Shown piece by piece: positions 51,601-60,300 of a stretch of DNA of 64,000 nucleotides; within the stretch, counting starts at the first letter, position 1; every line of letters starts with the position of its first letter. Source of the DNA: Rhizaria sp. SCN 62-66. Its lineage: Eukaryota. The position numbers were made by a program, and so were the translations under genes. The notes beneath the pieces were generated by a model. It was given only the letters and a program-made list of their open reading frames with translations, made no database searches and was not told the origin of the DNA. The stretch covers positions 1 through 64,000 of the forward strand of contig MEDY01000095.1 in the NCBI GenBank assembly GCA_001724265.1, read 5' to 3'.

Positions 51601-54600
51601 ACTCAGCCCACCACTGCCACGGTCGGCCACGCCACTGCCTACGACGGAGCCCGCGACCGCAGCGCTGCTGTGGTAAGAACACTCCTCCGGACTCACGTGC
51701 CGCAGCGCGGCTTTGCCCCGCTCCAGCGCACGGCGGAACTCGCACACGTTGCTGCGCATGTCACCCTCGCCCTGCCGGCTCAACGCCAGCGAGGTGGCAA
51801 ACCCGCGCAGCCAGAGCGGCGCCTGACCCGGCGTGCGCACGTGCCGCAGCGCCGCCCGCACGCGACGCAGCTCCTTTGCAAAGCGTCCAGCCGCGAGCCG
51901 ATCGTTGCCTGCTCCGGCGACGCGCGGGTCGCGCGGCCGCGGGTGCTTGAGCCCGTCAGCAAGGCGGTATCGCACTTCGCCGCGCGTGGGCGTGTCGCTG
52001 CGGCCGCGGCGCGCCTCGCGCTCAGAGTCTGCCAGTCCCCAGCGCGCTGCCTGTGAGATGGCGGCCGACACAAGCTCGCTCCGCAACGCGGGGCCGTTGA
52101 AGTAGCGACAGTCGAACAGCGATACTGGGCGCAGACGCGCGTAACCACGCCTCAGAGCGACCTCAAACGCGGACGGAAAGCAGCGCGGGTCCGGGCAGCG
52201 CGCGCGCAGCGTTGAGCAGCAGTCAGGACGGGTCTGGCGCGGCAGCACGGGACGCAGGAGCTTCTTGGCGGCAATCAGCGCCGCCTGAAACGACGCCGGG
52301 TGAGACCGCAGCGGGCACGCGCGCATACTGCTGCGCTGTGACTTAGTCATGCCGCTCCCACTAATGCTGCTGCTATCTGGGGCCAATACCTTAGGCTGTT
52401 GTGAGGCGTCGTCGGCAGCGCGCAGGGCGGCCAGTGCGCCGCTTGCATTACGGCACTCGATCTCCTTGTTTGTCAGGCCCTGCGCTAGAGCGGCTTCGCG
52501 TTCCGTGCGCGCGCGTGCGCAGAGCGCCATCCGCTGCCCGTGGCGCGCCGCGCGCGCGGCCAGCTCGCGCACGTATTCGCGCTCCTCGGCCAGACTGCAT
52601 CCAATGCTCCCGAGCGCGGCACCGGGGCCCGCCGCGGCTACGGCGTCCTCGGCCTCGCTCTCGCTCGCGCTCGCGCTGTCGCAAGACTCGTCGTCGGAGT
52701 GGCCATGCGCGGGCGAGCGCCCGTGGGCGGCCGTGCGGCGGTTTGCGTGCCACAGCGCGCGCCAGCGCTGGCGCAGCTGCCGACGCTGAGCGCGCGCTGC
52801 GGCGGCCACGCCCACGGGCTGAGCCGCGGCAGCGGCGGAAGTTATGGGGGCCGACTGCGCGCGGGCTAGGGCGGTGTCACAGCGCAGCAACGCGGCAAGT
52901 GCGGCGGCCTCTAGCTCAGTAGAGCTGCCGGCGGCCCCTGTCGCGTTAGCGGAGTCGATGATTGGAGTCGGGAGGTCAGGACTCGCGTTGCCAACGCCAG
53001 TGCTTGAGTCACTGCTGTCAACGTGCACCGCGGTTTTCGTATTGTTGTAGATGGGCAACTGGCCGAGACTAGACCGCTTCAGAAACGCATCGATGTTGCC
53101 TGCGCTGCTCTTGCTCTCGCTTCTACTTTGGCCGTGTCTGCGCCCAGCCGCGTTCTTGGCGGGCGTGGACAGCGCAGAGAACCGGCGCAGTGCGTGGCAG
53201 TCGTCCAGCGCCGCAAAAAAGGCCGCGGGCGTGCGCAGGACAACTGCGAGTTCGGCGGCCGCGGCGGCGTCGGCGGCAGCGCGCGGTGACTTGAGCGCCG
53301 CCACTGCGCGTGCTTGTAGAGGCATGCGCTATGTGCTACTCTGCGGCCCTTGCTTGTCTTGCCCCTGCTGCGCACAGTAGGTTGAGAGCAGAGAGTCAGG
53401 ACTTGCAGCGCTCGCGTGCGTGGCGGCTGTGGCTGCCGTGGCTGAGAGGCGACGAGTGGGCATGATCGGCGAGTGGCGCGCGTTAATCGTGGTGCTAGCA
53501 TGGGGGTCACCGCGGACATCTTGGCCACTTGTGTAAGGCGCACTTGCGTGTTGCGACGCCGATAATGGCGTCAGCACCAGCGGCCCTCTTTTGTTTGAGC
53601 GCTCACCAGACCCCGAGGCAATGTTGATGGTGCTGTCCGGCGGAAGTGACACCGTCAGCATGTCGTTCGTGCGAGGAACACCTTGGTTATCGCTAGCGCT
53701 GCCACTTACGCTGGTAAATCCGCCGCTAGTAACGCGTTGCGCAGCCGGGCGAGCCATCGCGTTGTTGTTGTTTGTGAGTACCGAGTCAGTGTGAGCGCCG
53801 GGCAGCGAGGGCGACAGACGCTGCGCACGTGCGCGCACACGCGCCGCCGCAACGGCAGCGGCATCAGACGCGCGCATATCACTCTCGTCTTCCTCCTCGC
53901 CGTCGCTGTCGTGGTAGCCGCGCGGCACGCTCGGCGCGATGTTCATCGCGCTGGTGCTATCAGCGCCGGGGATGCCGCCGCGAGCGTCAGTCTTGTTGTT
54001 CTCAGTGCTGTCATCGACCTCGTGCTTAGCATCGTCCTTGCCCTGCGGCGCGGGCTTGCTGCTGCCCGCGCCGGTGTCCTTTGTTGCGTCACCGGTTGTG
54101 TCACGACGCAGCATCATCACCGTATACTCGCGGACCGGCCGGCGCGCGCGCTCAGTGGGGGTCTCGGCCAGCGCACGTAGCACCGCAGTGGAGTCACGTT
54201 GCCGCGCGCGCGCTGAGGGCGGCGGCAGAGGCAACGTTGGGAACGCATGCATACCAGCGGCAGCTGTGGGAGTTGCTGTAGGTGTTGCAGCAGTTGCGAA
54301 CGAGCTGGCAGCGGGGGTAAGCGGAATTCGAGTGGAAGTGGAGGGGGCGACACGGGGTGTGCTTGAGGTACCGTGTGCGGGCTTGTGCTTTGCGCTGTTA
54401 ACAGCAGCAGGAGTAAGTTGCACAGCGGCAGTAGCCGGGGGCTCCGTTGCGCTGCAACTAGAATCCGAAACAAGACCAGGGCAAGTGGTGATGCAGTGTG
54501 AGACGGAGGAAGCATCAGGAGAAGCAATGATCGATTGAATGAGCAAACGTACGGGCGGTTTCGATTGCGGGCGTTATGAGGCCGGCTTAAAAACGTAGAC

Positions 54601-54686
54601 GCAAGAGGAAGACGGTCGTTTTCCTGCACAAGCGCGTCAAGAGAAGACTGAAACTCGCGCTCTTGCGCCGAGATAGAGTTGCCCAT
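48625..54686 (-). CDS. Putatively N-myristoylated protein with ~10 WH2-like repeats and a poly-Gln tract, ~1952 aa; in-frame TAGs at 53329-53331 and 49153-49155
   Basis: Exons 54686-54553 (MGNSISAQERE...), 54457-51532, 51423-48625; both donors GTACGT with matching phases. ORFs 53329..54546 and 51523..53325 are in the same frame separated only by TAG, as are 49153..51348 and 48625..49020. Ends in TGA. Confidence 0.75.
49044..49270 (-). repeat. Compound CAG/CAA poly-Gln tract with recurring CAGCAGAGACTGCAG (QQRLQ) units
   Basis: Seen directly; contains the in-frame TAG at 49153-49155. Confidence 0.9.
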
Positions 54687-55771
54687 TGCTGGAGTCAGAC
54701 AAGGGCCAGACCGCAACTTGAAATTCGATGCCTAGTGAAGACTGAAAGCAATGATATTTAAGAAACAGGTTGCTAAATTAGCATTGTTTTTAAAAATACA
54801 AAGATCTTACTTGAAGTAGCTTTTGTTCGGTGGGGACTTAATTTGTTCAAGTTAACTTGAGTTCTTGCCCAAGCGTAGCATCGTGTCATCTGCGCACAGT
54901 CACAACGTCATGACCGTGGGAAAAACTTTAAGCGTCAATTTAGACAGGATCTATGATGATATACTGAGTGCACACAAGATTTCTCAATGAGACTGCATCT
55001 TTACAATGCGTGTCTGCGCAGTAGTAGGCCAATCCTAGCTCTTCGACCACTTTCATCGTTTTTCTGAGCAGCTGGAAGCACGCTCACAGTCATGGATTGG
55101 AGACGCAAGGGGTTGAAAAAGGTTAAGTACTTTTATTCTTAAAACAGTTACCATTATTCATAAAAAACAGTGCGTTTTTCTTTGAGCTCTATCTTGGCAC
55201 GTCCAAATACAGACTCAATTGATTCTAAGTAGTGCAGTCGCAGTCGAAAGACAGGAGAGGAAACTGTGTGCTTGTGGACGGAGACAATGACACACAGCGA
55301 TAAATAACGCATTAGACACAGAGAGAGTTACAATATGGCTGGAAATCAAAAGCCAATCACAATCTTCCGTGACATTGCCACAGCACCGCAACGAACGCAC
55401 TCCGATGGATATCCAGAGGGCAACTTGCGTTAGTAATGTTCACAACGGACAGGTAATATGTGCTACATACATTGATGAGCCATTAGAGACACGTTACAAC
55501 ACGGAACATCAATGAGCTCAGCACAGTGCAGATGACACTATCCACCGTGCGGTTCACGACGTGATCGTTCCTGTTCCGATATCCCTGTTTCTGAGTCACA
55601 CTTTCACTTGCGATAGTTTGCACAAACAATAAACACACTCGATATTAAACCACAGACGCAAAATAATTCAAAAAACAAAGCCTGAGATGCTATCAGATTA
55701 CCTTAGAAGCATCAACGAATTACATTCAGCGGTGAGTTTGATTCTCGCACACCGTAGAGTTTGCATTCACT

Positions 55772-57326
55772 TTACGCGTCTGCAACCATGAGCTCCACAG
55801 CAGCCCGCATGACCCGCGTGGCTTCGGCGAGGGCAGCGTCGCTCGCGCCGCTGATAGCGCCGTCAATCTGACTCAGCAGCGCGCCAACACCGAGACCGGC
55901 GGCCGTGCCGTCGTCGTCCTCCTCCTCGCAGTCGCCGTCCTCATCCTCGTCTTCGTTGTCTTCGCTGCCGGTCTCGGCACAGTGCTCTCCGCCGCTGCCG
56001 TCATGGCTCGCCAACGGAATCGGCGCGGGAGCAGCGAAGCGGAACACCGGCACCACGGCGACGGCGGCGGGGGCTACAGTCGCGGCGACGGCCCGCATGT
56101 TCGCGGTGATGGGCGACGTGACGATGACGGGATTCGACCGCGCGACCGAGGCCGCGGCCACGCTGCTGTTCGCGTTCTGGCTGCTCCCGCCGACACTGCT
56201 GTTGCCCTTGATGCTGCCGTTATTACTGCTACTGCTGCTGCCACGGCCTTTGCCGTCGTCGCCGCAGCTGCCGATCAGCGCGCGCGCGGCCGCCGCAGTG
56301 GCCTCGCGCGCGGCGTCGGCGCGCGGGCCTGGCGGCGCAGCGAGCGCGCGCGGGAGCACGGCTGCCACGGCTCTCACTACGGCTAGCAGGCGCGCGTGCG
56401 GGGACAGCCTCGCAAGGTCGCCGGCCCCCGCAGCGGCGGCGTTGTGCACGTAGGCGGCGCCGGAGAGCGTGCCGGCCCAGACGGGCGCGGGGGCATCGGG
56501 TGCGAGCGCCGAGGCCAGCGCGGCCAGCGACTGCGCCAGCGCCGCGCCCACGCCGCCCGTCGCGGCCACAGCGCTGACCGACGCCGCCGCCGCTGCCGCC
56601 GCTGCAGTCTGTTGCTGCTGCTGCAGCTGCTGATGTTGCGAGCTGTGGCTGCTGCTGTTGTTGTACAGCAGCGTTTGCTCTGCGGAGCGCACGGTCTGGA
56701 TCAGCCTGCTGTTGGCGTCTGAGCGCGAGCGTCGGTGCGGGCTCATCGGCGACAGCGCGGTTTTAGCACTGCCACTCGCGCCGACACCGACATCGCCACC
56801 GCTGCCGCTGACGCTGGCACTGGCGTAGCTGGCGTGCGCGGCCTTGGAGTCGAGGATGGAGATGATGCGGGTGAGCACGCCGCGCAGGTGCTGCTGCCGG
56901 ACATTGAGGTACGCCGCGTCGCTCGCGCTCAACCTGCCGGCCGCAGCAGCAACCGCAGCGCCGCTGGTGTCGTTGTCACTGCGGACAGGGACGACGCCGC
57001 CCGCCGCCGCGGTGGCGGTGATGGCGGCGGCGTCGAAAGACAGCGACATGGGCCCCGCGATCGAGGCGGGCCCGCGGTAGCCGCTGCCAGTGACGTACAA
57101 CGCCTCAGAGCCGTACTTGGAGCCGCTGATGTCGCCGCTGCCACTGAAGCCCGCCGCGGACATCGTGTCGTAGTTGCCACTGCTGCCTGTGCCCGTCCCG
57201 GTGCCCGACCCAGTGCCAGGACCAGGGGCGGCGACTGGAGCAGCGACAGCGCCGCTCGCGTTGTAGTTGGCGTTTTGGCCATTTAGGAGCGGCGTGTTCC
57301 AGAATTGTCTGCCACTCGCGCCGTCC

Positions 57327-57359
<33 letters not shown>

Positions 57360-60300
57360 AGTTGCACGGAACCATGCACGCGCTCCACAGCGGCGGCTAG
57401 CGCCGCGGCGGCCGCGGCGGCCTCGGTCGGAGAGTAGGACGGGAGCGAGAACATCGGCGTCACCAGCAGCGGGTTCCCGCCAATGGTGTTCCCGTTGCTG
57501 TGGCCCTGGCTGCTGAGGTTCAGAGGCGCCAGACCGGCGCGCGGCGGCGGCAGCAGACTGACGGGCGTCGCAGTCACCGCTGCCAAGTCGGCGCCTCCGT
57601 ACATCTCATGGCCGCGGGCATGGCCGTAGCCGTTGAGGCATTCGGGACCGCTACCGACGGAAGTTAGGCCGCTACCGATGGAAGTCAGGCCGGAACGCGA
57701 GGTCGACGGCGCGTGCCCGGGCATGAGCGTGACGCCCGCGAAGGGCGTCGGCAGCGTGGTCCCCGCAACAGAGCCCGGCGTCTGCGTCGCCAGTCCCCCG
57801 AACGCCCCCGCGCCGCCGTGGTGGGCACCGGCGCCGGTGCCGGTGCCGGCGTGAAGGTGTACACTGGCGTGCGCGTGCGCGCCAGAGCCGGGGGTAATAA
57901 AGGTGGGCAGCGCGGCCGCGGTGTCGTCGGCCGAGGCGGCGGCGGAGAGGGGAACCGCGAGCGACTTCACAGCATTGGCAGCAGCAGAGGCGGCGTTGGC
58001 GCTGTGGTGGCCGTTGTTGGCGACCGACAGCGGCGAGCCATAGTTGCCATTGTTGTTGTGACCGTTGCCGTTGCCGCTGCCGTTGCCGTTGCCGTTGTTC
58101 CCGGTGTTGTGATTGTTGTTGTGGCGCGGGAGAAGCGGGAAGCGGGCGGTGGGCGCGGCGACGGGCGGCGACTGCGTGGCGGGCTGCATCGCCAGCGACG
58201 CCAGCGTCTGCAGCGTCGTCGCCAGCAGCCCAGCGCCGCGCGCGCCGCCGGGGCTGCCGCCGCTGCCGGGGGTAGCCACAGCGCCAGAGCCAGGGGTGGC
58301 GGGGCTGGTGACGGTGTTGCCGGGGGTCGTGACGCCGCTGCCGAGAGCAATCGCGCCCATGCCGGCAGTACCGTTGCCGCTGCTATGGCTGTGGGGCGCG
58401 ACCGCGGGCCAGACGAAGCGCGTCTCGCCGGCAGCGACGGCCTCGCTGGGGGACTGCGCGCCGGTGCCTGCCGCGCCACCCGCGCCCGCGCCCGCGGTGG
58501 CAGTGGCGTTGGCGGCCGCGCCGGGCGTGGTGTTCGATGCGGTGTAGGGCGACTCGGGCACCGGCGGGACAACCGGGAACATGTGCCCGTGCGTGCCGCC
58601 GTAGCTGTAGCCGTAGTGCCCATGTCCGTGGCCGTGGTCGTGCCCGTGACCGTGTCCGTAGGGGTGAACGGAGTGGCCGTACGTCACGGCCGCGGTGACG
58701 TGGTGGTGGTTGCCGCTGCTGTTGCTGCGGTGGTGGCCGCCGTATTGCCCGCGGTTCTGCGCTGCCGCCGCCGCCGTGGCCGCGGCCGACAGCGGCAGGC
58801 GCGCCGTGACCGAGGACGGCACGGAGCCGGGCGACGTGGCCGACAGCGATGGCGGCACCGACGACAGCGACGCACTCACCGCGGACCGCGTCGGAGACGA
58901 TGGCCCGTGTCCAAGTCCGTGTCCATGGGTGACGCCGCCGCCGTTGACGGCGTTGCCGGCGGTGGCGGCGCTGCGGCGTCTAGACACGGACCCCGGCGCG
59001 TGGCGGCGGCGCCGGCGCACGCCGCGGCTGCCGCTGTCGCCGGTGCCCAGCGAGGGCACCACAAGCAGCGGCGACAGCAGCTGGTGGTGGCTGCTGTGGG
59101 ACGCCGCCACGGCGCTCAGGTCGCCGTTCGCGACCGCGACGGCGGCGCTCTTGGCGGCCGCCGCGTGGGCCGCGGCCGCGGCGGCCTCAGCGGCGGCGGC
59201 CTCGGCGCGCGCGGTCGCGGCCTGGCCGGCGCCGATGACTGCGCGCAGGGCCGCCTTGATCCCCGCCAGCGCGCCGGGCTCCATGCGGCCTAACTTTGGC
59301 GCACTCGCAACATCGGCAGCCTCGGCAGCAGCCGTCGTGTCGTCAGTCTTGGCCTCAACAGTCTCGACCGTGACAGTGACGCCTGTAGCCTTCTCGGCCG
59401 CCGGCTCCGCCGTGGCGTGCGCCTTGGCCGCCGCGGTGGTGAGCACGGAGCCGATGCGACGCAGCACCGAGCGTAGGCGGTCGCGCTTGGCCTCGGCCTC
59501 GGCCAGCGAGAGGAAGCGCCCGTCGACCCAGTGGCCCAGCGCGCCGTCCGGCCCGCACTCCGGCGCGGGTCCGCGCGCGTGCGCCGCCGCCTCCGCCGCC
59601 GCCTCGGCCGCAGCCGCCGCCACGCGCTCCGCCTCGGCCGCCGTGGCGGCTGCTGCCGCGACGATTTCGGGGCTCACACCGCTGCTACCATCGGCGGCAG
59701 TGGCGGCGGCGCAACCGGCGGCGGCGTTTCTGGCGACGTCGGCGGGGTCGATCGAGATGACGGCGCGGGTGGGGGCGGGCATGATGGGCGTGAAGGCCGA
59801 AAGGTGCAGCATCGGCGACAGCGGGTCACCGTCGCCCTCCAAATCGTAGCTCACGCCCGCGCTGTAGCGGTCGGCGAAGTTGGGCGTGGCGGCCCCGCTA
59901 CCGCCGCCGCCGCCGACTAAGACGACGCCCGCGACCGAGGCACGCCCGCGGACGCGTCCGTGGCTGTGGCCGTGCGCGCCCGCGGCTGCGGCGCCCGCGC
60001 GGCGCCCGCGGCCGCCGCCAATGCGCGCGCGCGCGGGGGCGTCGACCGAGCCCGGCACAAAGCCGGGCGTGCCGAAGACTAGATCCAGCGCGCCCGCGCC
60101 GCCGGGGAAGCCGGGCGTATGACTGGGCCCACCGTGGCTGCCATGGCCGTGACCGTGGCCGTGGCCGTATGTGTGCGTGGGCACGGAGAGGATGGTGACT
60201 GACTTGCGTTCAGCCGTGAAGCCCGGCGGCGGCGGCATCGTGTCGCCGCCGCCGCTGGCGCCAGTCGGCGCGGCGGCGTTGGCAGCTGCTGCTGCGGCGG

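Noticed and set aside
33594-53331. Treating the TAG-split ORFs as separate genes or pseudogenes
   Set aside because: There is no intergenic AT-rich DNA at the breaks, frames and splice phases are preserved, only TAG is ever involved, and the M16 catalytic motif is intact.
33594-53331. Pyrrolysine or selenocysteine recoding
   Set aside because: Pyrrolysine is known only from prokaryotes, Sec uses UGA, and the TAGs lie in disordered regions rather than catalytic sites.
54687-55771. Suppressor tRNA or other ncRNA in the longer intergenic regions (also 14933-15477, 39653-40514)
   Set aside because: No cloverleaf, T-loop or snRNA signature recognised by eye; tRNAscan-SE or Infernal would be needed to exclude one.
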